Assembly: GCA_038065125.1 (NCBI GenBank)
Contig: JBBTRP010000006.1
Coordinates: 172 to 64,171, forward strand
Source: Patescibacteria group bacterium
GTDB lineage: Bacteria; Patescibacteriota; Patescibacteriia; JACQRZ01
Length of the DNA stretch: 64,000 nucleotides
Direction of reading: 5' to 3'
A program made the translations under genes and the position numbers. This document shows, in pieces, positions 39,008 to 48,814 of the stretch (position 1 is its first letter; each line of letters opens with the position of its first letter). The notes beneath the pieces were generated by a model. It was not told where the DNA came from. It saw only the letters and a list, made by a program, of their open reading frames with translations, and did not search any database.

Positions 39008-39819
39008 CCATGAATAAGAACATCCCGATTGTGATTTTGTGCGGTGGAAAAGGAACTCGTCTCAAAGAGGAGACGGAGTATAAACCAAAACCTCTCGTTC
39101 GAATCGGTGAAAAGCCGATCCTTTGGCACATTATTAAACTTTACGCGCACTTTGGCTTCTCGCGTTTTATCCTCACACTTGGATATAAAGGAGATATGAT
39201 TAAGGATTATTTTCTGAATCATCGCTTTCTCGGCAACGACTTTACGCTTCACTGTTCCACTAATCAAATTGACTTTCATAGCGACGACACACTTGACGTT
39301 TCAATTACCTTTGTAAATACCGGCAGCGAAGCACTGACCGGCGAGCGTCTTCAAAAGATTAAGAAGTATATTGACACAGATTATTTTATGGTAACCTATG
39401 GGGATGGAGTTGCTGACATCAACATTGAACGACTGCTGCGCTTTGCTCTGGAACAAAAAACACTTGGAACGATTACCGGTGCTCACCCCCATTCTAAATA
39501 CGGAATGCTGAAGGTACACAAAGATCTAAAGGTTGCTGAGCATTTTGTGCAAAAACCGTTGATGCACGACCTTATCAACGGTGGATTTATGGTTTTTCAA
39601 AAAAGTTTTTTTGAATATCTCGACAACACTATCATGGAAAATGCATTTGAAAAATTAATTCAGGAAAAGCATCTTTCTGTCTACGAGCACGATGGTTTTT
39701 GGATGGGAATGGATACTTATTCCGATGTCGAGGCACTCAATGAACTATGGAGGACTGAGAGGCCTTGGGCTCTGTGGGAGGAAAACCCCGAGTATGTTAC
39801 AGGTTCACGCCTTGCATGA
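39004..39819 (+). CDS. rfbF: Glucose-1-phosphate cytidylyltransferase
   Basis: LCGGKGTRL, PKPLV, TYGDG, INGGF, HDGFWMGMDT. Confidence 0.9.
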   Translation: MTMNKNIPIVILCGGKGTRLKEETEYKPKPLVRIGEKPILWHIIKLYAHFGFSRFILTLGYKGDMIKDYFLNHRFLGNDFTLHCSTNQIDFHSDDTLDVSITFVNTGSEALTGERLQKIKKYIDTDYFMVTYGDGVADINIERLLRFALEQKTLGTITGAHPHSKYGMLKVHKDLKVAEHFVQKPLMHDLINGGFMVFQKSFFEYLDNTIMENAFEKLIQEKHLSVYEHDGFWMGMDTYSDVEALNELWRTERPWALWEENPEYVTGSRLA

Positions 39820-40870
39820 TTTTTACAAAGGAAAGAAGGTTCTCATTACCGGACATACTGGTTTTAAGGGGGGCTGGCTTTCGCTAGCGCTTATTCGTCT
39901 TGGCGCACGCGTCTCCGGGATCTCCCTAGACCCGCCCGAGAAGAGTTTTTTTAATTGCGTGGGTATAGGTACTCTTCTTATTGACCACCGTCTCGACATT
40001 CGTAATGCCGATGCCATTGCTGGAGTAATTGCAGCAGAGCAACCTGATGTCATTTTTCATTTAGCGGCTCAACCTCTAGTGCGCGAGAGCTATAATGAAC
40101 CACTTGCTACATTTGCAACGAATGCGCTTGGCACTGCGCATGTCCTCGAGGTGATCCATTCTATCGAATCAATCCGCTCAGTCGTTTGTATCACCACAGA
40201 CAAGGTATATGAAAATGTCGGAGACGGTAGAGCGTACGCAGAAACTGACCGGCTTTCCGGCCATGATCCGTACAGTGCGAGTAAAGTGTGCGCTGAAATG
40301 GTTGCGCGCGCATACCACGCATCCTATGAGACTCTCGAACGAGAGGTTGGCATTGCAACAGCTCGCGCGGGAAATGTCATCGGGGGAGGGGATTGGGCAT
40401 GCGATCGTCTCGTTCCGGATATTATACGTTCTCATTTTGAGGGGACTCCGCTCGTTATTAGAAATCCTCAGGCATCCCGTCCGTGGCAGCATGTGCTTGA
40501 ACCTCTTTATGGATATATGCTTCTCGGTCGTGAGTTATACATGAGACCGAAAGAATTCTGCGGGGCATGGAACTTCGGACCGCGAGATGAAGACCAGTGT
40601 TCGGTTCAGGAGATACTCACAAAGATCGAGTATGTTCTCGACGTCAAGATGCGATACAATGTCTCGAGCGATTTATTGAGGCCAGAGGCACATCTACTTC
40701 GATTGAGCAGCGAAAAAGCAAGGATGCGGCTTGGATGGTGTCCGCTTCTTAATCTTGATCAAACCATATACATGACGAGTGATTGGTATCGACTCCAGAA
40801 TACGGGGCAAGACATGCGGAAAGTGAGTGAGTCCCAAATAGAAACTTTTTTCTCTGCAGTTACACCATGA
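39794..40870 (+). CDS. rfbG: CDP-glucose 4,6-dehydratase
   Basis: TGHTGFKGGW, HLAAQPLV, TTDKVY, DPYSASK, RAGNVIGGGDW, RPWQHVLEP; start ATG 39794. Confidence 0.93.
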   Translation: MLQVHALHDFYKGKKVLITGHTGFKGGWLSLALIRLGARVSGISLDPPEKSFFNCVGIGTLLIDHRLDIRNADAIAGVIAAEQPDVIFHLAAQPLVRESYNEPLATFATNALGTAHVLEVIHSIESIRSVVCITTDKVYENVGDGRAYAETDRLSGHDPYSASKVCAEMVARAYHASYETLEREVGIATARAGNVIGGGDWACDRLVPDIIRSHFEGTPLVIRNPQASRPWQHVLEPLYGYMLLGRELYMRPKEFCGAWNFGPRDEDQCSVQEILTKIEYVLDVKMRYNVSSDLLRPEAHLLRLSSEKARMRLGWCPLLNLDQTIYMTSDWYRLQNTGQDMRKVSESQIETFFSAVTP

Positions 40871-41751
40871 CCATGAAACGATTACTCATTATTGGTGGAT
40901 CGGGTCAGCTTGGAGCGGCGCTTCGTAAAGACGCATCTTTTTTCGGCTATGAAGTATTCTCGCCGTCGAAGAAAGATCTTGATATTACCTGCGAGAGTTC
41001 AATCCTAGAAGAGTACGTACAAGACTGCGCACCGAATCTCGTTATTAATGCGGCGGCATATAATCTCGTTGCGTCGTCCGAAAATTTTCCGCTTGAAGCT
41101 ATGAACCTCAACTGTTTTTTTGTGGCAAATCTTGCTGCAGCGTGTTCAAAGATCTCTGCTCCTCTCGTGACTTATAGCACGGATTACGTCTTTGATGGAA
41201 AGAAAGGATCGCCGTATATTGAGCATGAACAGCCAAATCCCCTCCAGATGTATGGTATTTCAAAGTGTGCCGGCGAGTATGCAGCCCGAGCGTACTATGA
41301 AATGGGGTCGATTGTTATTCGCACCTGCGGCATCTATGGAGGCATTTCGGGAAGTAGACAAAAAGGGGGAAATTGCGTACTCAACTTCATTCGCCAATTG
41401 CGATTGGGCCTCAGCTTTTCCGTCAGCGCAGACCAGTGGGCAACCCCGACCTACGCCCAGTCAGTCAGTTGTGCGACCCTTGCTCTTCTTGAAACAGAAC
41501 CAGCGGCTGGCATCTATCATCTTGTCAACGAAGGGCATTGCTCATGGTATGACTTCGCACGAGAGATCAAACTCTTGATCGGCAGTTCAACACATATCGA
41601 GCCGATAGAGACTGATAAAAGTACTGTACCTGCCAGACCCCTTTTTTCAGTTCTTAGCAATGCGAAAGCGAAACGTCTAGGCATCCAACTGCCTTTTTGG
41701 AAAGATGCATTGGCCCAGTATATTGAGAGTGAACTCCTCCTAAATCGCTAA
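40867..41751 (+). CDS. rmlD: RmlD-like NDP-4-keto-sugar reductase
   Basis: GGSGQLG, NAAAY, STDYVFDG, YGISK, PARP. Confidence 0.82.
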   Translation: MTMKRLLIIGGSGQLGAALRKDASFFGYEVFSPSKKDLDITCESSILEEYVQDCAPNLVINAAAYNLVASSENFPLEAMNLNCFFVANLAAACSKISAPLVTYSTDYVFDGKKGSPYIEHEQPNPLQMYGISKCAGEYAARAYYEMGSIVIRTCGIYGGISGSRQKGGNCVLNFIRQLRLGLSFSVSADQWATPTYAQSVSCATLALLETEPAAGIYHLVNEGHCSWYDFAREIKLLIGSSTHIEPIETDKSTVPARPLFSVLSNAKAKRLGIQLPFWKDALAQYIESELLLNR

Positions 41752-41764
41752 CCGACCTGTAGGC

Positions 41765-42853
41765 ATGAAGCAAAAAGTAAGTATTTGCATCCCGGTATAT
41801 AATGGAGGTCAGTTACTGCGAAGGGCCATCGAGTCCGCGCTTACTCAAACGCACCCCACTGTTGAGGTTGTCATTGTGGATAACGCGAGTACAGATGAAA
41901 CGCCTACGCTTGTGGCAGAGTACGAGGCAAAGGACTCACGCGTAAAAAGCTTTCGGAACGAAAAAAATATCGGTAACAACCCGAATATTTTAAGGTCTTT
42001 TCAGCTTGCCACTGGCGACTTCGTCCAGCTACTGTGCCACGATGACTGGCTCTCACCCACGTATATTGCTGATGTTTATAGATTATTTGAACTTCATCCC
42101 GAGAGCTTATTTTGTACAGGAAAGGTTGTCGGATTTTTGTCAGATGAAGGCTTTTCGATCACAGAGTGCAATTATCAGAACTATTTTACCCGTGAAAAGT
42201 ACTCGATCTCGGATATACTAGGAAAGCTCTATTCATCAATCTGGTTGCACTATACTATTCTTGGAATGATGAGAAAAGATGATGTTGATAAGGCGATAGC
42301 GAACATGCCCGATGCCGTCTATCAGCAAAACTTCAGTTCTACTGATACGAATGGCTATTTACGGCAGATTTTTTCTGATGCATTTTTGATTCTTGTCATC
42401 CAGTCTCTTTTCTCATATCGATGGATCGGGGCGACTAATTCATGTTTTTATGCAAAAGTAGGCACAACGGTGACCAAAGAGCGCGTGGAGCGTATCTACC
42501 CGCGTAACACAATTCAGCAAGTCGTTGAATACCAAACAATGATTGCGGAGCACTATAGTAAGCTTTATTCGACGCTTGGTTTTTTAAAGTACCTTCCAGC
42601 GATGAAATACTATTTTTCACGCACGCTACTCAATGAACTTGTGATCCACTGCCTGAAGACTAAAACCTCATTACGGGCACTCTTACAGCATAAAAATGTA
42701 AGAGATTATCTAGCCTCCATCCCAAGAGTGCGACTCTTGGCTGAAATTATTCGCTGTTTGCCGTGGCTTGTCTTGAGAGGATTAGCGTATAATGCCCGCG
42801 GGCAAAGAAAAAAAAGGTTTACCAGCTTCTGCGTGCCGCCTACGCCCCTGTAG
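41765..42853 (+). CDS. GT2 glycosyltransferase
   Basis: VSICIPVYNG, VDNASTD, CHDD. Confidence 0.88.
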   Translation: MKQKVSICIPVYNGGQLLRRAIESALTQTHPTVEVVIVDNASTDETPTLVAEYEAKDSRVKSFRNEKNIGNNPNILRSFQLATGDFVQLLCHDDWLSPTYIADVYRLFELHPESLFCTGKVVGFLSDEGFSITECNYQNYFTREKYSISDILGKLYSSIWLHYTILGMMRKDDVDKAIANMPDAVYQQNFSSTDTNGYLRQIFSDAFLILVIQSLFSYRWIGATNSCFYAKVGTTVTKERVERIYPRNTIQQVVEYQTMIAEHYSKLYSTLGFLKYLPAMKYYFSRTLLNELVIHCLKTKTSLRALLQHKNVRDYLASIPRVRLLAEIIRCLPWLVLRGLAYNARGQRKKRFTSFCVPPTPL

Positions 42854-43823
42854 TATAACGTTTCATGTCCGCATCGACCATCATTTCAACGAGGCCAGAA
42901 AAGTCAACCGTGTGCCGCCATCCGAGAATGCGGAGTGCTTTCTCTGAGTTTCCGTGCAGATGATCGACGTCTGTGGGACGCTTGTGGGTAGACGTCGAAA
43001 TAACATATCGCTCCCAGTCAGCAATGTCTACATGTTCGAACGAACGCTGAACGAATTCGCGCACAGAATGACTCTCGCCGGTTGCTACGGCAAAGTCGTC
43101 TGGCACATCGTGTTGGAGCATGCGATACATCGCTTCTACATAATCTCCCGCAAAACCCCAATCGCGCCGAGCGTCTAGGTTCCCAAGCTCGAGCTTTTCA
43201 GCAAGTCCAAGCTTGATGCGCGCAACGGCGTCCGTGATTTTTCGTGTAACGAACTGCTTGCCGCGAAGAGGGGATTCATGATTGAAGAGAATGCCGTTTG
43301 CCGTAAAGAGGCCATAGGAGTGGCGGAAGTTGACAGTAATCCAGTAAGCGTTCAATTTTGCAATGGCGTAGGGACTTTGGGGATTGAAGGGCGTATTTTC
43401 GTCTTGTGTTCCGTCCTCTGATTTGCTCCCGCCGTACATCTCAGACGTCGACGCCTGGTAGAATTTCGAAAGCGGAGAAAAGAGCTTGATAGCGTTCAGG
43501 AGGTAAATCACACCGAGTGCGTTGACTTCAGTTGTGAGTTTTGCGAGGTCCCACGAGAGGCCCACAAAGGATTGCGCGGCAAGATTGTAGACTTCAGTGG
43601 GTCTGAGTTGCTTGACGAGGCGCAACAGTGACGCCTCATCCGTGAGGTCGCCGTCGACCAACTCAACATCCTTCGTGATTCCCAGCCAGTCGAGATTCGA
43701 GAAGTTTGGGTTTGAGTACCTACGGAGCATGCCGTAGACCTTATAGTCCTTCTCAAGTAGGAGTTTTGCAAGATAGGGACCGTCTTGGCCCAAAATTCCG
43801 GTAATCAGTGCCGTCTTTTTCAT
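42840..43823 (-). CDS. gmd: GDP-mannose 4,6-dehydratase
   Basis: TGILGQDG, LAAQSFV, QASTSE, PYAIAK, FNHESP, FVTRKI, RDWG. Confidence 0.93.
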   Translation of the reverse strand: MKKTALITGILGQDGPYLAKLLLEKDYKVYGMLRRYSNPNFSNLDWLGITKDVELVDGDLTDEASLLRLVKQLRPTEVYNLAAQSFVGLSWDLAKLTTEVNALGVIYLLNAIKLFSPLSKFYQASTSEMYGGSKSEDGTQDENTPFNPQSPYAIAKLNAYWITVNFRHSYGLFTANGILFNHESPLRGKQFVTRKITDAVARIKLGLAEKLELGNLDARRDWGFAGDYVEAMYRMLQHDVPDDFAVATGESHSVREFVQRSFEHVDIADWERYVISTSTHKRPTDVDHLHGNSEKALRILGWRHTVDFSGLVEMMVDADMKRYTTGA

Positions 43824-43890
43824 ATGCCAAAGATTAGTATTGACTGGTAAACAGTATCAAATTCATGATATGGTGCAAGTAGCTCACAGT

Positions 43891-44835
43891 ATGGGAAAAA
43901 ACATCTCATTCAGCATTATTGTCCCAACGTATAATGAGGAGAGCGACATCGCACGAACGCTCTCAGCTCTTGAGGTACTTGAATATGAACAGTATGAAGT
44001 TATTGTGGTCGATGGACGATCGCACGACAGAACGGTTGAAATCGTGGAGTCATACACGAAGCGCCTGCCGTACTTCTCTCTTCTGTTTGAGCAGGTGAAC
44101 TACGGCGTATCCGCTGCCCGAAACATTGGCATTCAGGCCGCAAGACATGATGTCCTTGTGATTCTCAATGCAGATGTGATCCTACCTCCCAACTACTTGC
44201 ACCAGCTGGAGCCATACTACCAGCAAGGCTATGAGTGGGTTGCGGTTGTGGACCGAGTTATGAATTTGGAGACTGCATACGCACGGTTCATTGAAAGCGA
44301 AGCCTACATCGCTAGATTCGTGAAAAAAAACCACTGGGTCTGGACAGAAGGGTTCTCGTGTACTAAAAAAGCCGCGCTTTCAGTCGGGTGTTTTCCAGAA
44401 AAGATGCCAGGCTGCGGCGGGGAGGATGGCGTCTTTGGCGAGATGCTTGAAAAGTCGAATAAGGGCTTACGGGCCCTGGATATCATCGCGCCACATATCG
44501 CCCCTTGCGACTTTGACTCGTTCTATCGTGCGCAGATTGTTCGCGGGCGTGGTAGGACATTCCACTATTTTTTTGTGAAGCACTATACCTTCACGCACGT
44601 CGTTGTAGATACGCTCCTTTCATCGATCGTGCGTATCATGAAAATGTTGAGCGTTCTGTTCCCGCTTGCGGTAGTATTGAGACTTTCACGCTATTCGAAG
44701 CGCGGTAGTGCCGACGTGCCTATCTTTTTGTACCTTTTTTATCTTCGGGAAGCGGTTCTCTTACGAGGTATGTGGGAGGCGCTCTTGCGCGTTGCTGCGA
44801 GAGCGTTCAAAACGGCAGATACTCCCGTCCCATAA
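43891..44835 (+). CDS. GT2 glycosyltransferase
   Basis: SIIVPTYNE, VVDG, ARNIG, NAD, GED; start ATG 43891. Confidence 0.85.
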   Translation: MGKNISFSIIVPTYNEESDIARTLSALEVLEYEQYEVIVVDGRSHDRTVEIVESYTKRLPYFSLLFEQVNYGVSAARNIGIQAARHDVLVILNADVILPPNYLHQLEPYYQQGYEWVAVVDRVMNLETAYARFIESEAYIARFVKKNHWVWTEGFSCTKKAALSVGCFPEKMPGCGGEDGVFGEMLEKSNKGLRALDIIAPHIAPCDFDSFYRAQIVRGRGRTFHYFFVKHYTFTHVVVDTLLSSIVRIMKMLSVLFPLAVVLRLSRYSKRGSADVPIFLYLFYLREAVLLRGMWEALLRVAARAFKTADTPVP

Positions 44836-45947
44836 CTCCATTCTACAATGATTTCACTCGAACGCTTACCCATTTGCTCTCGCTCGTGTGGGTTATTGAG
44901 AAGTAGAGAGATATATTCCCCAAGCCGTACAACGTCGCCGACCGGATAGATGTACCCACTTCCGTCTTGCACGAGATCAGTGGCGCATCCGACAGCATCG
45001 GAAGTGATTATTGGCAACCCAAAACACATAGCCTCATTGACGACAAGTCCAAATGTCTCAAAGCCTGACGGCAAGACGAAAATGTCAGCGGCACCGAAGT
45101 AGAGAGAAAGTTCACTTTGATTTTTGAACCCCTCAAAGAAAACACCATCTATGGAGTTTTTTTTTGCGTAGGACTCAAGTTCGGATCGAAGTGGACCGTC
45201 GCCGACGAAAACGAGCACCGCACTCTTTTTTGGCAAGCAGGAAAACGCTTGCAAGACATCGTGCGGTCGCTTTCGATTGATCAACTTTGCGGCAAATAGA
45301 ACGATAGGAAGATCCGGATACCCCAGTCTTTTTTTAAGGTCAGATTTTTTTGGAAGTGCTTTGCGTTGTGTGAAGAAGTACTCATTGTCTACGGCATACG
45401 GCATAAAATAAAGCTTGCTTTCGGGAATTTTATAGTAATCGTAGAAAGCTCTGCTTTTTTTTCCAACGGGAAAGCATGCGGAGCATCCACTGAAAAAAAA
45501 TTTAAAAAAAAGTTTCTGTACATATGCCCGTACCCCTGAGTGGGGCGTGATGATCGTCTCGCCGCGGAAAAAGATCGGAACTCCTTTTATTCTCGCTGCA
45601 ACGTATGCAATGAGTGTCGTTGCGTGCGTGTATCCGTGGATGAGAAGGGCGTCATACGTGCCCACAAGGATTTCGTGCACAATTCCAAGATTGACCAGTC
45701 CAAAAAATGAGTTGACGTCAGGTTTAAAGGAGTAGTTCTTGAGAAAATGACAGACGTACCCACTCACAAGGTCGCGATCCCAGGTAAATCGGACGCCGAA
45801 ACCCGGATCAATAGCAGGCCGAAGTGCGTGGTCGGAACAGTAAAAAACAGTCACGTCAATTTCTGTGCACTCGGCAAGCTTTCGAAAGAATGGCGCGTGG
45901 TATTGAATTGGGTGAGTTTGCAGGATCGCAAGCCGGAACGGGTTCAT
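44739..45947 (-). CDS. GT4 glycosyltransferase
   Basis: THPIQYHAP, DPGFG, YAVDN, ETFGLVVNEAM. Confidence 0.9.
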   Translation of the reverse strand: MNPFRLAILQTHPIQYHAPFFRKLAECTEIDVTVFYCSDHALRPAIDPGFGVRFTWDRDLVSGYVCHFLKNYSFKPDVNSFFGLVNLGIVHEILVGTYDALLIHGYTHATTLIAYVAARIKGVPIFFRGETIITPHSGVRAYVQKLFFKFFFSGCSACFPVGKKSRAFYDYYKIPESKLYFMPYAVDNEYFFTQRKALPKKSDLKKRLGYPDLPIVLFAAKLINRKRPHDVLQAFSCLPKKSAVLVFVGDGPLRSELESYAKKNSIDGVFFEGFKNQSELSLYFGAADIFVLPSGFETFGLVVNEAMCFGLPIITSDAVGCATDLVQDGSGYIYPVGDVVRLGEYISLLLNNPHEREQMGKRSSEIIVEWSYGTGVSAVLNALAATRKSASHIPRKRTASRR

Positions 45948-47542
45948 TTCTTTTGTAGAATATAATAATCGACATACTGGAAGCTATTCTTATCCTGTAC
46001 GAGTAGAGATGAGAGGGGTGAGTTGGCGAGAACATTTTTTACGAGTGTTTTAGCCGTAACAAGAGGTACGAAGTACGGGCTTGTCGACCGCCAAACAAGG
46101 CGATATCTCTTCAATAGATCATCAAGGACTGCTTGAGTGTATTCGACATGAGCCTGCGGCACAAGCAACAGAATGTCTCCGGTTTGGCATTTTTCAAGTC
46201 CTGGTGAAAAAACAGAATAGTGCAGATCAAATTTAAGGCTGGAAAAACGAGTTGAGCGGGGGGTGGCCGAGCGAAGATCAAAGTCTTTATTCGTTAGGCC
46301 CCGGAATTCGAGAAATTGAGCCATAATCGAATAAGTACCCAGTCCCCCTGTATTGGCATCGAGCACGGAGTCAATAAATATACTAACGGGTTTATTCTTT
46401 GACTCCTTTATCAGTGGGATAAGGGTGTCAAGCATGTTATTGAAATTAAGAGGAAGGTACTTATTATAGGTGAGGTAGTGCGCCCCTGCCGGTATCACAT
46501 TGACCGCAAAGATAAGTAAGACAAGGATTACCGGAGCGATAATTTTTTTTGCCTGCATGCGTGAGATAAAAAAGGCAGCGGACGGGATAGCAAACGCATA
46601 AGCGCCGAGCAGGTATTGCGGACCGTAGAATCCAAGGGCAAGGTATGCGATCATAAAACACAAAGCAGCAAAAAGAAGAGCGTCGTAGAGAGGATGTGGC
46701 GAGTCGTGCTTGAGGGCTATTCTATAGATCCGATGCAGCCCGAGCGGCAGAATTGCAAAAAAAAGAAATGGATCAGAAAATGTGGCGTAGTTGATCAAGT
46801 TTTTTGCGAATACCAGAAGATTGAACGACTGATGGGTTATGAGTCCAAGATCTGCATATGGCAGGACAAGAAATTTATAAAAAACAAGATAGGTAATACT
46901 GGAGGCGAGAAGGAGTGTATCGAGTGCTTTTTCACGCGCGGTGCCTCCTTTCCAAAACAAAAAGATTCTGGCGATAGAGACCCCTCCAATAAGGATAAAG
47001 GCGGTTTCCTTATAGTAGATTGTTGCGTTTGCGGCCACTAAGGTTGCAAGAAGTAATGGAATAGTTTGCCTATTTAAAAACAGAGAGTAAAAAAATATGA
47101 ATAGGAGCGCATAAAAAATTACATTACGATCCGTAAGCTGCAGCCGAAACCACGATATTGTAAACGCCGGGAGGAGAAAGAGAAATATCGATGTGCATAA
47201 TGTTCGCCATCTACTCAGCCCACTCCAGCGAACAACGATCCACAGAAACACAGCAAACAGAATAAATTGGACCGCATGAAAGAAGAAATAGGCACGAGGG
47301 TGGTTTGAAAACAATGCTACGGCGTTATATTCCAGATCTGAAAGAGGCGTGAAGCGTCCAGTTGCCATCGAGTCGTAGTAGGGAAAATCTGGCGAATAGT
47401 AAAAAAGAGATTTATTAATTTGAAGAGTCTTAAGAAAAACAAAGTCGTCCGTCGGGCCAAGTAATGGTGAGACAAGAAAGATTGCCGAATATACCGCGAC
47501 GATAAGTATGTATACGAAAATGGCAGGATGAATTTTTTCCAT
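45944..47542 (-). CDS. Polytopic membrane protein, probable GT-C glycosyltransferase
   Basis: DD after TM1 (GPTDD), GRFTPL, YYKE; about 10 TMs plus a soluble C-terminus. Confidence 0.55.
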   Translation of the reverse strand: MEKIHPAIFVYILIVAVYSAIFLVSPLLGPTDDFVFLKTLQINKSLFYYSPDFPYYDSMATGRFTPLSDLEYNAVALFSNHPRAYFFFHAVQFILFAVFLWIVVRWSGLSRWRTLCTSIFLFLLPAFTISWFRLQLTDRNVIFYALLFIFFYSLFLNRQTIPLLLATLVAANATIYYKETAFILIGGVSIARIFLFWKGGTAREKALDTLLLASSITYLVFYKFLVLPYADLGLITHQSFNLLVFAKNLINYATFSDPFLFFAILPLGLHRIYRIALKHDSPHPLYDALLFAALCFMIAYLALGFYGPQYLLGAYAFAIPSAAFFISRMQAKKIIAPVILVLLIFAVNVIPAGAHYLTYNKYLPLNFNNMLDTLIPLIKESKNKPVSIFIDSVLDANTGGLGTYSIMAQFLEFRGLTNKDFDLRSATPRSTRFSSLKFDLHYSVFSPGLEKCQTGDILLLVPQAHVEYTQAVLDDLLKRYRLVWRSTSPYFVPLVTAKTLVKNVLANSPLSSLLVQDKNSFQYVDYYILQKK

Positions 47543-47555
47543 ACCAGGAGGACGT

Positions 47556-47583
47556 TTGACGGTGAAGTGTCTATCTGTATACT
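47556..47583 (+). promoter_or_regulatory. Putative sigma70 promoter
   Basis: TTGACG-N16-TATACT. Confidence 0.45.
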
Positions 47584-47625
47584 ATATTCAAAAGGAAATT
47601 TAATGCAAAGCTTTGAGTCGCAGAT

Positions 47626-48813
47626 ATGGAATCAACTCCGTTGCGCTATCACCTCGCAAAAGACACAATCGATCGAAGCGATATCGACGCTCTTATTGAG
47701 TGGCTCAAAGGATATCCGCGATTGACAAAGTCAACCCTCACGACCGAGTTTGAAAAAAAATGGTCAGAGTGGCTAGGCATGGATTTCTCCGTTTTTTGCA
47801 ACTCTGGATCTTCGGCGAATCTATTGATGTTTGCCGCGCTCCTGGAGTCAAAGCGTCTTGCAAATAAGAAGGTGATCGTGCCGTCAGTTGGTTGGGGAAC
47901 CACAATTGCGCCTGCTATGCAGCTGGGATTTGAACCAATCATGTGTGAAGCGGATTCTGAAACCTTCGGCCTCGACCTCGATCATCTACGTATTCTACTT
48001 GAAAAGCATCATCCATCGACAGTCATTATGGTGCAAGTATTGGGGGTTCCCCATAAGATGGACGAACTCCTTTCTCTAAAGGAGCAATATGGCTTTATTT
48101 TACTTGAAGATGCCTGTGCAGCAATGGGTGCGTCGTATAAGGGAAAGCATGTTGGCACGTTCGGAGACATGGCGAGTTTTTCCCTCTACTTCGGTCACCA
48201 GATATCGACAATCGAGGGTGGACTTGTATCGACTAATGACCCCAAGTTCCGTGATCTACTCCTTATGCTAAGAAGTCATGGGTGGGGCAAGGACCTGGAC
48301 GAAGAAACGCATAACGCATTTGTAGACAAACACGCGATCGATGATTTCCACAAACCATTCGTTTTTTACATCCCGGGATACAATGTGCGATCAACAGACT
48401 TGAACGCATTTTTGGGTATCCGCCAGATCGATAAGATGGAGCGACTCATCAAGTCTCGATCAGAAAATCATAGTCGCTACACGCAGCTGCTCGGATCGTT
48501 TTTCCAGTGCCAAAAAGCACCCGACCAGTCGGTTGTGTGTAGTATCCATTTCGGCGCACTTGCACATAGTCGAGAGCAGCGGAAAGCAATCGTCTCAGCG
48601 TTATTGGAGAACGGCATCGAAACACGCATATTTTCTGCAGGCAACCTCGGCCTTCATCCGTTTTGGACGAGAAGCTATGGAGAGACATCGTTCCCTGTTG
48701 CCGATCGCATTCACCACGCCGGTTTTTTTCTGCCCAATCATCCGTCCTTAGGGGAGAAAGACATCGAGTTTATCGTGCGAGTTGTGCTTCAAGCCGCTTC
48801 TGTCACCAGCTAA
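47626..48813 (+). CDS. DegT-family PLP enzyme with His in place of the Schiff-base Lys (ColD-type 3-dehydratase)
   Basis: NSGSSANL, EDAC, SLYFGHQISTIEGG, RSHGW. Confidence 0.82.
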   Translation: MESTPLRYHLAKDTIDRSDIDALIEWLKGYPRLTKSTLTTEFEKKWSEWLGMDFSVFCNSGSSANLLMFAALLESKRLANKKVIVPSVGWGTTIAPAMQLGFEPIMCEADSETFGLDLDHLRILLEKHHPSTVIMVQVLGVPHKMDELLSLKEQYGFILLEDACAAMGASYKGKHVGTFGDMASFSLYFGHQISTIEGGLVSTNDPKFRDLLLMLRSHGWGKDLDEETHNAFVDKHAIDDFHKPFVFYIPGYNVRSTDLNAFLGIRQIDKMERLIKSRSENHSRYTQLLGSFFQCQKAPDQSVVCSIHFGALAHSREQRKAIVSALLENGIETRIFSAGNLGLHPFWTRSYGETSFPVADRIHHAGFFLPNHPSLGEKDIEFIVRVVLQAASVTS

Positions 48814-48814
48814 T

